Positions 19,936 to 28,635 of a DNA stretch of 64,000 bases are shown here, in pieces. The position numbers were made by a program, and so were the translations under genes. The stretch spans positions 39,827 through 103,826 of the forward strand of contig CABZHD010000003.1 of NCBI GenBank assembly GCA_902525435.1, read 5' to 3'. Under the pieces are notes generated by a model. That model had not been told where the DNA came from, made no database searches, and saw only the letters and a list, made by a program, of their open reading frames with translations. This DNA comes from an uncultured SAR86 cluster bacterium. GTDB lineage: Bacteria; Pseudomonadota; Gammaproteobacteria; Magnimaribacterales; AG-339-G14. Each line of letters begins with the position of its first letter. The first letter of the stretch is position 1.

Positions 19936-19951
19936 TTTTTCCTCCTGAAAA

Positions 19952-20533
19952 TTATATTAAATCACAAGCTGCGGGCGGCATCCAATGGGCGTCTTTGCCA
20001 TCCCACTTTATATTACATCCAATTGGGTTGGTAACTGGAACTGAAATGATACTTCCTCTTAGATAATCATCAATTGCATTTTCCAAATCGTTTATTGTTG
20101 ATTCAGATCCATTTCTTGGATTATCAATTCCTCTTCCTGTATAAATCAATGATCTGTTGGAATCAAAGACAAAAAAATGAGGAGTTTTTAGAGCTCCATA
20201 ATTAGTTGCAGTCTCTTGAGATTCATCGTGAAGATAGTCCCAGGGGAATTGATGCTCTTGCATTCGAATTTGCATATTCTCAAAACTATCTTCTTCATAG
20301 GTATTTTTACTGTTCGAATTGATACATACCAACTTGATGCTCTCTCGATTGTACTTTTCAACAGTTTTGCGAGTGGTTTCATCGGAACCAATTACATAAG
20401 GACAATGATTACAAGTGAAAGAAATTATCAATAACTTATATTCACTGTAACTTGCTAGATCATGAAACAAGTTGTCAGTTCCAAGAAGATTAAAATCTGG
20501 AGCTTTGTTGCCTATTTCTAATGTATAAGCCAA
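19952..20533 (-). CDS. Thioredoxin-fold (AhpC/TSA / redoxin-like) protein with CNHC motif
   Basis: APDFNL...SFTCNHCPYV redox motif and a conserved C-terminal GCNIKW segment. Confidence 0.65.
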   Translation of the reverse strand: MAYTLEIGNKAPDFNLLGTDNLFHDLASYSEYKLLIISFTCNHCPYVIGSDETTRKTVEKYNRESIKLVCINSNSKNTYEEDSFENMQIRMQEHQFPWDYLHDESQETATNYGALKTPHFFVFDSNRSLIYTGRGIDNPRNGSESTINDLENAIDDYLRGSIISVPVTNPIGCNIKWDGKDAHWMPPAACDLI

Positions 20534-20540
20534 AGTAATA

Positions 20541-21458
20541 TCAAGTCAGCGGGTTAAAGGATATTTTTTCTGGAATGTCATCTGCACCGGGCATATTTTT
20601 AGCAATCATGAACGGTCTTAAAGCCTCTATAGCTTTTGGTTCATCGTGATGACAAATTTTTGGATACATATGATGCATGATATGAATTTGCATTGAATGA
20701 TTTAAAAACCTAGGTAATCCGTTTCTCCAGAATCTTGTATCGCTATGTCTTCCAATTTCGAGCCCATTATGAGGCTCTCTTGAAAAAACTAATCCTAAAT
20801 AAGAAGTGATAATCTTTAATGGAAGCCACCACAAAAAAAGAGTTTCCAAAGGAAAAAAGAAAGCCGTAACCATTTGCGTTAAAACAATGAATAATTGAAC
20901 CATAGATCCTCTATCTATGCTTTTTTTGAATTCAGGATCTTTGTCACAATAGTCATTAACCATTTTTTCTATCCTTTCATCTGATCCCTGATTATGAACC
21001 CTCAAAGCTGCTTCAAACCATGAGTCAACATGCGTATGGAAGTAATCAGGGTCCTTTTCAGGATCATTTGTGTGAGCGTGATGTTTCATATGAAGAACTT
21101 TTAATAGTTCATGAGATCTTGCTAAAGGAATCAAGGAAATCTGACCCACAAAAGAATTAACCCACTCAAGGTTCTTATGGTTCCCTGATAGATGTCCGTG
21201 TTGGCCTGCATGAGATGGCAAATAGGCAAAAGATGTAGAAATTAGAGATATGAAAAAACCTAACCATAATGGAATAGTTGATGAAATAACTAAATACCAG
21301 ACAAGACACCATACAAAAAATTGCGTAAAGGCAATAACAATCATTTCCCACTCTATTCTTCCCATAAAAGCTCTAGCTATTTCTTTTTCTTGATCATGAG
21401 AAAGTTCAGAGGATTGGTAATCGTACATCTGGCTATCGGTCATACTATCCAGCCCCAT
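20541..21458 (-). CDS. Membrane fatty-acid desaturase family di-iron enzyme
   Basis: Three His boxes (HAGQHGH, HMKHHAHTN, HIMHHMYP) and TM helices. The start is uncertain because in-frame ATGs at 21443 and 21428 would reduce or remove the overlap with the upstream small ORF. Confidence 0.7.
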   Translation of the reverse strand: MGLDSMTDSQMYDYQSSELSHDQEKEIARAFMGRIEWEMIVIAFTQFFVWCLVWYLVISSTIPLWLGFFISLISTSFAYLPSHAGQHGHLSGNHKNLEWVNSFVGQISLIPLARSHELLKVLHMKHHAHTNDPEKDPDYFHTHVDSWFEAALRVHNQGSDERIEKMVNDYCDKDPEFKKSIDRGSMVQLFIVLTQMVTAFFFPLETLFLWWLPLKIITSYLGLVFSREPHNGLEIGRHSDTRFWRNGLPRFLNHSMQIHIMHHMYPKICHHDEPKAIEALRPFMIAKNMPGADDIPEKISFNPLT

Positions 21459-21658
21459 TTTTTATATTTAGCTAACAAGCCAAAAAGGAACCCAGTCAGA
21501 TAACTGGCTACAGTAAAAAAGAGTTCATTTTTTGGTTCAAAAAAGTAAATGGTTGCAGCATTAAAAACACTGCCAAAAAAAACAAACGCAAATAAAACAA
21601 TAAACCATTGCTCTATTATTGAAATTTTATCCTCTGTTTTTGAAGATTTTTCATTCAT
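21440..21658 (-). CDS. Hypothetical small membrane protein (72 aa, 2 TM helices)
   Basis: Open frame directly upstream of, and overlapping, the desaturase gene, with two hydrophobic helices. No recognisable motif. Confidence 0.4.
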   Translation of the reverse strand: MNEKSSKTEDKISIIEQWFIVLFAFVFFGSVFNAATIYFFEPKNELFFTVASYLTGFLFGLLAKYKKWGWIV

Positions 21659-21750
21659 AACAGTTTTATTTTACTAACAGAAATTAAATAAATATATATT
21701 TAAGACCTAGATTAGCTTGGATCATCCTAATTAGAGAATATAATTTATCT

Positions 21751-22980
21751 ATGGATTATGTAGCTTATGCTGTCCCATTTTTCCTTCTCCTGATAGTTCT
21801 CGAGTTAGGTTATGGTTTTTTAGTAAAAAAAAATAATTATCGAATCTCCGATACATTAACAAGCTTATCTTTAGGTTCAATCAGTCAATACGTGCCAATT
21901 TTAAAATTGGGCTTTCAGGGAGCTGTATTTGCTTTCATCGCGGACTATTTTAGCTTGCCTTTGTTATCCAGTTCTTCATGGATAGTCTGGGTTGTAGCTT
22001 TTATTCTTTATGACCTTTGCTATTACTGGTTCCATAGGATGCATCATGAAGTTAAAATTTTTTGGGCGAGTCATGTGGTTCATCATCATGGGGAAGAATT
22101 CAATTTCTCTACAGCCCTAAGACAAACTAGTTCAGGTTTTTTGTGGAGCTGGATTTTCTACATACCTCTATTTATTCTTGGCATTCCTCCTGAGGTTTTT
22201 ATCACTGTTGGATCTCTAAATCTTATTTATCAATTCTGGGTTCATACTGAACATGTAAAAACTATAGGAATTTTCGAGTACATATTAGTAACTCCCTCAA
22301 ATCATCGGGTGCATCATGCTCAGAATGAGGAGTACATCGATGCTAACTACGGAGGAGTATTTATATTTTGGGACATTATTTTTGGTACTTTTATAGAGGA
22401 AAAAAAAGAAGTGAAACCAATCTATGGAACAGTCAAGCCCTTAAATAGCTGGAATCCAATTAAGGCTAATATAGATGTGTATTGGTTGATTTTAAGAGAC
22501 TCTTTTGCAACTAAAAGATGGGAAGATAAATTTAAGGTGTGGTTCTCAGATGCCAGATGGAGGCCAGATGATGTTTCAGAAAGATTTCCAGTTCAAAGAA
22601 ATGACTTATCGTCTTTTGTTAAATACGATCCAAAATTAGACGTTTTACAAAAAATTTATGCATTTTTTCAAATCTTTAGCCTAATAATTATTCCAAATTT
22701 CATTGTCTCTGACTTAGATAAACAGACTTATTTTCAATCTTTAATTCTTATTGGTAACACGGTACTTTTTATTACTTTCACTTTGATGTACTTGGAAGGA
22801 AAACAATACGCTTTGTGGATGGAATCTATCAGATCAATATCTTTTATTATTCTTATTTTCTTCGGAGTGATTAAATTAAGTCTCCTCTCGGTTCAAATGT
22901 CAGGAATACATGCTCTTGTTTGTCTTTTATATTTAGCAATTGCTTTGCCTTTGAGAATCACCAAATTCCAATCTGCCTAA
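21751..22980 (+). CDS. Sterol desaturase / fatty-acid hydroxylase superfamily protein with an extra C-terminal multi-TM domain
   Basis: His boxes HRMHHE, HVVHHHGE and HRVHHAQN in the N-terminal ~230 aa. The C-terminal ~170 aa is hydrophobic and unassigned. Confidence 0.7.
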   Translation: MDYVAYAVPFFLLLIVLELGYGFLVKKNNYRISDTLTSLSLGSISQYVPILKLGFQGAVFAFIADYFSLPLLSSSSWIVWVVAFILYDLCYYWFHRMHHEVKIFWASHVVHHHGEEFNFSTALRQTSSGFLWSWIFYIPLFILGIPPEVFITVGSLNLIYQFWVHTEHVKTIGIFEYILVTPSNHRVHHAQNEEYIDANYGGVFIFWDIIFGTFIEEKKEVKPIYGTVKPLNSWNPIKANIDVYWLILRDSFATKRWEDKFKVWFSDARWRPDDVSERFPVQRNDLSSFVKYDPKLDVLQKIYAFFQIFSLIIIPNFIVSDLDKQTYFQSLILIGNTVLFITFTLMYLEGKQYALWMESIRSISFIILIFFGVIKLSLLSVQMSGIHALVCLLYLAIALPLRITKFQSA

Positions 22981-22984
22981 GTTT

Positions 22985-24991
22985 TTAGTGTGTTATCCAG
23001 ATTGGAGAAGACCAAGCTCTTTCCTGAATTGTTGATTTTATATCTGATCTAGGAAGTTGATTACTTCTAATTGCGTCCCAAGTAGACCATCTGCAAACTG
23101 GGTTTTCTAAAACTCTAACGTAATAAAAGGCTTCCTGATCTTCAATAAATTCTGGATCTTTCCATAAAGTTTTTAGCTCCCTAGAGCCCTTATTTTTGGA
23201 GATAGAGCAATCATCCAAATTAACTTTTGCACCATTGTCAGGACACCTATGAGATGATTTGTCTACTTCCAATCCATCGCTACAGGTCGCGTCATAGACC
23301 TTCTCTTTAGATTCTCCATTATCGAGCCAACCCTTGATTATTTGTACTCTCTGTAAGTTTGTACCTTGGGCATCAGCCATCGCCCATACAAGAAAGATAG
23401 GAGACTTGTCCTTCTTGGTTTTGAGGCTACCTCCCATTGTCGTAGCTGTTTCATAAAGGTAAGCAGTAGTATTTTCTTTGCTGAATGCATTCTCAATGTC
23501 ATATCCAGCAAAAAATCTAATTTTTATTCTTGGTCCGCTAGTTGCAAAAGTTTCCTTTCTTTTAAATGCATTAAAGATTGACTCTCTTGTGTTCTCTTCA
23601 GCCCATACTCCTGCAAGGCCGGAAGCGCTCCAGCTAATAAGCCTACTGCTGCCTGCGAAATAATCTTTTTCATCAACCTCTGCAATTAAATTTGGTCTTA
23701 GGACTTTCAATACGGATCCATAAGTCTTATTGAAAGGAATAGATCCCCTGAGTTCAGGTGTTCCATCGAGAATACCTATTTTTGAAAAGTATCTATCTTC
23801 TTCGAAAGATGATGCAGATACATGAGTATCAGTTGACCCAATAAAACCAAATTTATATGGATTGACACCACTTTTGTTTTTCAAAGCCATGCCTCTTAAC
23901 AAGGCACTTCTTGTATAACTCCCTTCATCATTATCTGCTGTATTTTCAATTTCAAAATCAGCCCACTCATCATTTTTTGATAAGAAGGGACTCGTCTCTG
24001 AGGAAGCTTTCACTTGAGTTATTTCAACAACAGGCTCATTACTTATTCTCTTTCTGCTATAAGATTCATCTATTGGAGCGCCATTAAAATCATCTAGCAT
24101 AAACATTAAGCCTCCAGAGAGATTAGAATTATGAGGTATGGCCATGCTCTCAACTCCATTATCTCTCAGAGAATCCATCCAATCCCATAACTTTTCTGGA
24201 TTCGGACTATCCATTCTGCTGAAGGGCATTAATGGTAAATTTTTAGTATCCTTGAAAATAACGTTTCTATGCAGTGTTGTAAGGTCTGCTCCGCTACCTG
24301 CCGAGTATTCGTAACCAGCAAAAGTAGTCAAAACTCCTGGTTCATAGGCTCTATCAGCAGCCTGAATAATATCCTGCCAAACACTACTGGAAATCTTATT
24401 TAATTCATCGGTAAGATCATTGGTAAGATCATTGGTAAGTCTTCCCTCTTCTGCGAGCCTCTGGGCAAAAGGTCTAAAGAGGTTAGATCTCCTGATAACC
24501 TCAAATATGCCTGCACCCGCTGAATCATTTAAATTATGTAATGGTTTCACCCAATCATATTTAGACAAAAAAGAATTTTCGTCACTTGCGGTTTTCATCA
24601 CTCCTAAAAATATCCCGTGATCAGTAACCGCATAAAAATCTAAAGGTCTCTTAAGCTGGATTTGATATCCAGATGGATGAGGTAAAGCAGCTCCCCGAGC
24701 ATAACGATATGCATCATCTGGAGAATTAATATTACCGAATGAGTAAGAATCAAAAGAATTAGCCGTGTGAACGTGCAGATCCCCAAAATAGGCATTTTTA
24801 TCAGGATTTTTCTCTCGTCTTTCATTAGTCTCATACTTCATGGAAGATTGTTGTTTTGAGAAAATATCGTCTATTTTTTCTATAGTTTTTTTAGTCTGCC
24901 TCTCTTGATATTGATAAGAAATAAATATGATTAAAACCAAGCTAAAAGTAATTCCTACGATCCAAAAAAATGATTTTTTTAAAATACCCAC
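22985..24991 (-). CDS. DUF3604 domain protein (PHP-like metal-dependent hydrolase fold), N-terminal membrane anchor or signal
   Basis: YFGDLHVHTANSFDSY near the N-terminus and a size of ~670 aa are characteristic of DUF3604 as I recall it. Confidence 0.65.
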   Translation of the reverse strand: MGILKKSFFWIVGITFSLVLIIFISYQYQERQTKKTIEKIDDIFSKQQSSMKYETNERREKNPDKNAYFGDLHVHTANSFDSYSFGNINSPDDAYRYARGAALPHPSGYQIQLKRPLDFYAVTDHGIFLGVMKTASDENSFLSKYDWVKPLHNLNDSAGAGIFEVIRRSNLFRPFAQRLAEEGRLTNDLTNDLTDELNKISSSVWQDIIQAADRAYEPGVLTTFAGYEYSAGSGADLTTLHRNVIFKDTKNLPLMPFSRMDSPNPEKLWDWMDSLRDNGVESMAIPHNSNLSGGLMFMLDDFNGAPIDESYSRKRISNEPVVEITQVKASSETSPFLSKNDEWADFEIENTADNDEGSYTRSALLRGMALKNKSGVNPYKFGFIGSTDTHVSASSFEEDRYFSKIGILDGTPELRGSIPFNKTYGSVLKVLRPNLIAEVDEKDYFAGSSRLISWSASGLAGVWAEENTRESIFNAFKRKETFATSGPRIKIRFFAGYDIENAFSKENTTAYLYETATTMGGSLKTKKDKSPIFLVWAMADAQGTNLQRVQIIKGWLDNGESKEKVYDATCSDGLEVDKSSHRCPDNGAKVNLDDCSISKNKGSRELKTLWKDPEFIEDQEAFYYVRVLENPVCRWSTWDAIRSNQLPRSDIKSTIQERAWSSPIWITH

Positions 24992-24998
24992 TTAATTT

Positions 24999-26645
24999 TT
25001 AGTTTGACCAGTAAATGTAGTCATCTCCCTCTTCATATTTTTGTCCATCGTATTTATCAATGAGGATTGGAACTTCATAGGCGGATGGTATGACAGGATC
25101 AGCTTGTTCTAAATTAAATTGATCCAATAGACTTTTTAGAAGTTGTGCTTTTTTAGGATGAGATTCTATAAGATTGTTCTTTTCAGTGGGATCAACAGAA
25201 GTGTTAAAAAGCCAGTGAAAATTTTCTTTTTTACTTACGATGTATTTCCAATTTTCATGCAATACAGATTGATGATTTCCTGAGCGCCAAAAAAGTGTTT
25301 TATGCGGTTCAGTGGATATTTCTTTATTTATGAAAGATAGAAGATTAACGCCATCCAAGTTACTTTCTTGAGAAGGTTCTATGCCAGCAGCTGAAGCAAT
25401 TGTAGAAAAAATATCAAAATGATGGACGGCGGCATTGGATTTTTGTCCTGGATCTATTATGTCAGGCCAACTAACAATATAAGGAACTCTTATTCCGCCT
25501 TCAAAAAAGCTTATTTTCCAGCCTCTGTAAGGCTTATTAATATCTTCTAACTCAATATAATCGGCTCCACCGTTATCGCTTGTAAAAATAATTAAAGTTT
25601 TACCATAAATCTCAAGTTCCTTAAGTTTTGCAATAACTTTACCTACGCTGCGATCTAGCGCAGTAATCATTCCTGCATAAACCTGTAAATTATGCCCTTC
25701 CATATGGCTCATATTCTGCACATCACTTCTCAATGCCTGCAGAGGATTATGAACTGCCCAATGACTTAAATATAAAAAAAACGGTCTGTTTTTATTTTTT
25801 TCAATAACTTTCAAAGCTTCATCAGTATAGTAATCGGTTACATATTTATCTGGAGCAAAAAAATCGCCTCCATTAAACATTGCTGAATACAGCCCAATGC
25901 CCCAAATCATTCTATCGATTCTGGTATCAAACTTTGCATTTACAATTTCTGGGTCATCTTCTGGGGCATACAGAGGTCCTATTAGGGATAAAGAATCTTT
26001 AAATCCTTGGCTTTGCGGATCCATGCCATTGGCTTGACCAAGATGCCATTTTCCTATGTGAGCTGTGTAATATCCTGCATCACGAAGAACCTCTGCAATT
26101 GTTATTTGCTCGGTTGGCATACCTTGTTCCCATAAGGGGGGTAGCCGAGTGGCTACTTCTCTATCAATTCTAGCTTTAAGTTCTGAGTCATCCTCTTCAG
26201 CAAGCCATCTCATGATTAATCTTCCAGTTGCCGGCACTGGAGTGAATTCATACCCAAACTTTGTTGGATATTTCCCAGTCATGATGGATGCTCTTGAAGG
26301 AGCACAAGTAGCATTCGCGGCATATCCTCTTGAAAAGAGAATGCCATTTTCTGCTAATGAATCAATATGAGGCGTCATCAAAGAGCCATCTGCTGCACCG
26401 CCGTTATGGGCAGAAATATCGTTGTATCCCAAGTCATCAGCCAAAATTAAAATAATATTAGGACGATCATCTTGTGTAGGTGTTTCAGGTCCCTCCGTCC
26501 AAGTGGTTGGAATGTTATCCTGCACTGGCATAAAAATAGCCGCTAATTTCGGTATGGACCAAATTAATATATTTATTTTAAATTCCCAAGCTGTGACGCC
26601 TAGTATGGCAAGAAGGCTTAAAGTGATTAAAGATTTCCTAAGCAT
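24999..26645 (-). CDS. Arylsulfatase-family sulfatase (formylglycine type), secreted
   Basis: Sulfatase signature CAPSRASIMTGKYP, DDLGYND and GKWHLG motifs. Confidence 0.9.
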   Translation of the reverse strand: MLRKSLITLSLLAILGVTAWEFKINILIWSIPKLAAIFMPVQDNIPTTWTEGPETPTQDDRPNIILILADDLGYNDISAHNGGAADGSLMTPHIDSLAENGILFSRGYAANATCAPSRASIMTGKYPTKFGYEFTPVPATGRLIMRWLAEEDDSELKARIDREVATRLPPLWEQGMPTEQITIAEVLRDAGYYTAHIGKWHLGQANGMDPQSQGFKDSLSLIGPLYAPEDDPEIVNAKFDTRIDRMIWGIGLYSAMFNGGDFFAPDKYVTDYYTDEALKVIEKNKNRPFFLYLSHWAVHNPLQALRSDVQNMSHMEGHNLQVYAGMITALDRSVGKVIAKLKELEIYGKTLIIFTSDNGGADYIELEDINKPYRGWKISFFEGGIRVPYIVSWPDIIDPGQKSNAAVHHFDIFSTIASAAGIEPSQESNLDGVNLLSFINKEISTEPHKTLFWRSGNHQSVLHENWKYIVSKKENFHWLFNTSVDPTEKNNLIESHPKKAQLLKSLLDQFNLEQADPVIPSAYEVPILIDKYDGQKYEEGDDYIYWSN

Positions 26646-26712
26646 TTTGAATTAGTGATCTTTGAGAAAATATAAATTATGACAGTAATTGTGTCAAAAG
26701 ATTCTTAGGAAT

Positions 26713-26758
26713 TTGGTGGGTCTGGCAGAACTCGAATCTGCGACCTCACCCTTATCAG
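26713..26758 (-). repeat. Orphan copy of the tRNA-Ile(GAU) 3' half (att-like direct repeat, distal copy)
   Basis: ttggtgggtctggcagaactcgaatctgcgacctcacccttatcag is identical at 46/46 positions to 29761-29806. No 5' half of a tRNA follows it. Confidence 0.9.
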
Positions 26759-26780
26759 TAGTGAGAACTATCTAAAAAAC

Positions 26781-26803
26781 CTTATAATATCAATACTCTC
26801 AGA
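26781..26803. repeat. Left terminal inverted repeat of the island (23 bp)
   Basis: CTTATAATATCAATACTCTCAGA matches the reverse complement of 29733-29755 (CTTATAAAATCAATACTTTCAGA) at 21/23 positions. Confidence 0.75.
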
Positions 26804-26810
26804 CTAGTAA

Positions 26811-26829
26811 TGTGCACGAGTGTGTGCAT
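26811..26829. repeat. Paired TGTGCA(C) palindromic motifs, left end of the island
   Basis: TGTGCACgagtgTGTGCAT. Both motifs are centred on the GTGCAC/TGCA palindrome. The counterpart lies at 29683-29700. Confidence 0.6.
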
Positions 26830-26865
26830 GATGTTGAAACATTATTTTTCAAAAATATAGACATT

Positions 26866-27192
26866 TCATGATAGCAATTTAAGTATTTGTTTTTTATTTT
26901 TTTCACCAAATTTTTGATATTGATTAATAATCCCTGATAGTGATTTACCAAAATCTGTTAATGAATATTCAACCCTTGGCGGAATAGTTTGAAAATCATC
27001 TCTATGAATGAGATTGTGACTTTCTAGTTCTCTTAACTGTTTAGTAAGCATTTGCTCTGTGATCGGAGACAGAGTTCTTTTTAATTCACCAAATCTTTTG
27101 GGTCCAGACTGTATGGTATACATTAATGGCATTTTCCATTTGCCACCAATAAGTTTAGTAACCTGGTGAATTGCACAATAATTGTCTTTCAT
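26866..27192 (-). CDS. HxlR-family winged-helix transcriptional regulator
   Basis: 108 aa, with CAIHQVTKLIGGKWKMPLMY...GPKRFGELKR matching the HxlR-type HTH pattern. Transcribed divergently from the doxX-gst-pirin genes. Confidence 0.85.
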   Translation of the reverse strand: MKDNYCAIHQVTKLIGGKWKMPLMYTIQSGPKRFGELKRTLSPITEQMLTKQLRELESHNLIHRDDFQTIPPRVEYSLTDFGKSLSGIINQYQKFGEKNKKQILKLLS

Positions 27193-27197
27193 AAATT

Positions 27198-27251
27198 TTG
27201 TACTATGTTATTAGTTAGTACTCAATTATTAATTAGTACTTGTTATTTTCA
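27198..27251. promoter_or_regulatory. Three tandem imperfect 18-bp units with GTAC cores in the hxlR/doxX divergent promoter region (candidate HxlR operator)
   Basis: The units are TTGTACTATGTTATTAGT / TAGTACTCAATTATTAAT / TAGTACTTGTTATTTTCA. GTAC cores lie at 27200, 27218 and 27236, an exact 18-bp phasing. AGTACT is itself palindromic. Confidence 0.5.
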
Positions 27252-27295
27252 TTGTGAAAAATATTATACACAGATTCAATTAAAGGAGAATAACT

Positions 27296-27688
27296 ATGAA
27301 TAAATTAAATGAATATATTGACCAAGTTTCTTTTGTAGGACCATGGTTGCTTAGAATTACTCTTGGTGTATCTTTTTTCTTATATGGATTCGGTAAGTTT
27401 CCTTTGCCATCAGAATTATTGCTCAGTTTTGGATTCTCTCAGTTTGTTGCTGTATTAGTTCCTCTTGTTGAGGTAATTGGTGGTATTGGAATAATTCTCA
27501 CTGGTTTTATAAGTGGATTGTGGGGTCAATTATTAACACGCGCATTGGGTTTGGTTTTATCAGTATTAATGATTTTTGCTCTTGTTCTTGCGCATTCTGA
27601 TTGGTTAATAAATGCAGAACTTTTTAAAAATATACAGGTTTACTTACTTGTCGTATCTTTACACTTTGTTTTTAAACCAAAAGGTTAA
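27296..27688 (+). CDS. DoxX family membrane protein
   Basis: 130 aa with four TM helices and the LLRITLGVSFFLYGFGKF pattern typical of DoxX. AAAGGAGA Shine-Dalgarno upstream. Confidence 0.75.
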   Translation: MNKLNEYIDQVSFVGPWLLRITLGVSFFLYGFGKFPLPSELLLSFGFSQFVAVLVPLVEVIGGIGIILTGFISGLWGQLLTRALGLVLSVLMIFALVLAHSDWLINAELFKNIQVYLLVVSLHFVFKPKG

Positions 27689-27705
27689 ATGAATAGGAGA
27701 TAACT

Positions 27706-28635
27706 ATGGGTAAACTAATTGAGGGTGAATGGATAGTAAAATCCATTATTACATCAGACGATTCAGGTGCATATGATCGCCTACCAAGAACTTTTTTAGA
27801 TACTATTGAGAAAGGCCATGAAAAATTTCAACCAGAGTTAGGTCGTTACCACTTGTACGTTAGTTACGCATGTCCATGGGCTACTAGAACTTTGATATAT
27901 AGACAACTTAAAGATCTTAACGATCACATAAGTGTCAGTGTTGTTCATCCAGATATGCTCGAAGAGGGATGGGTATTTGACACAAGCTTTCCTGGTGCTA
28001 CTGAGGATCATCTATATGGCAAGAAGTTTTTAAGAGAGATATATCAGAAAGCAGACCCAACAATTACCACCAGCGTTACTGTACCAATACTGTGGGATAA
28101 AAAAACTGAAACAATTGTTAACAATGAATCTTCCCAAATAATTAGAATTCTGAATACTGCATTCAATGATTTAACTGGCAACCATAATGATTACTACCCC
28201 GAAGATAAAAGAGAATTAATAGATGAACTGAACGATATCATCTATGACAGCGTGAACAATGGCGTCTATAAGTCAGGCTTTGCTCTTTCCCAAGAGGCTT
28301 ATGATAATGCTGTTTCAAAACTGTTTGAAACACTTGATTTTCTCGACAATAAACTAAGCAAAACCAAGTTTCTAATTGGTGATGAAGTCACAGAGGCTGA
28401 TTTAAGGCTGATTCCAACGCTATTAAGATTTGATCCTGTTTATGTCACCCATTTTAAATGCAATATTAGACGAATCATGGACTACAAAAATTTATATAGA
28501 TACATGCAAGACATGCTAAAAATACCTGCAGTAAAAGATACTTGCGATATTGATCACATTAAACGTCACTACTATTACAGTCACGATCAAATCAATCCAT
28601 ATCGTATTATTCCTCATGGACCAATTGAATTATGA
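27706..28635 (+). CDS. Xi-class glutathione transferase / glutathionyl-hydroquinone reductase (YqjG/ECM4-like)
   Basis: GRYHLYVSYACPWATRTLI contains the Cys-Pro-Trp-Ala active-site motif of GS-hydroquinone reductases. ~310 aa. AGGAGA Shine-Dalgarno upstream. Confidence 0.8.
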   Translation: MGKLIEGEWIVKSIITSDDSGAYDRLPRTFLDTIEKGHEKFQPELGRYHLYVSYACPWATRTLIYRQLKDLNDHISVSVVHPDMLEEGWVFDTSFPGATEDHLYGKKFLREIYQKADPTITTSVTVPILWDKKTETIVNNESSQIIRILNTAFNDLTGNHNDYYPEDKRELIDELNDIIYDSVNNGVYKSGFALSQEAYDNAVSKLFETLDFLDNKLSKTKFLIGDEVTEADLRLIPTLLRFDPVYVTHFKCNIRRIMDYKNLYRYMQDMLKIPAVKDTCDIDHIKRHYYYSHDQINPYRIIPHGPIEL

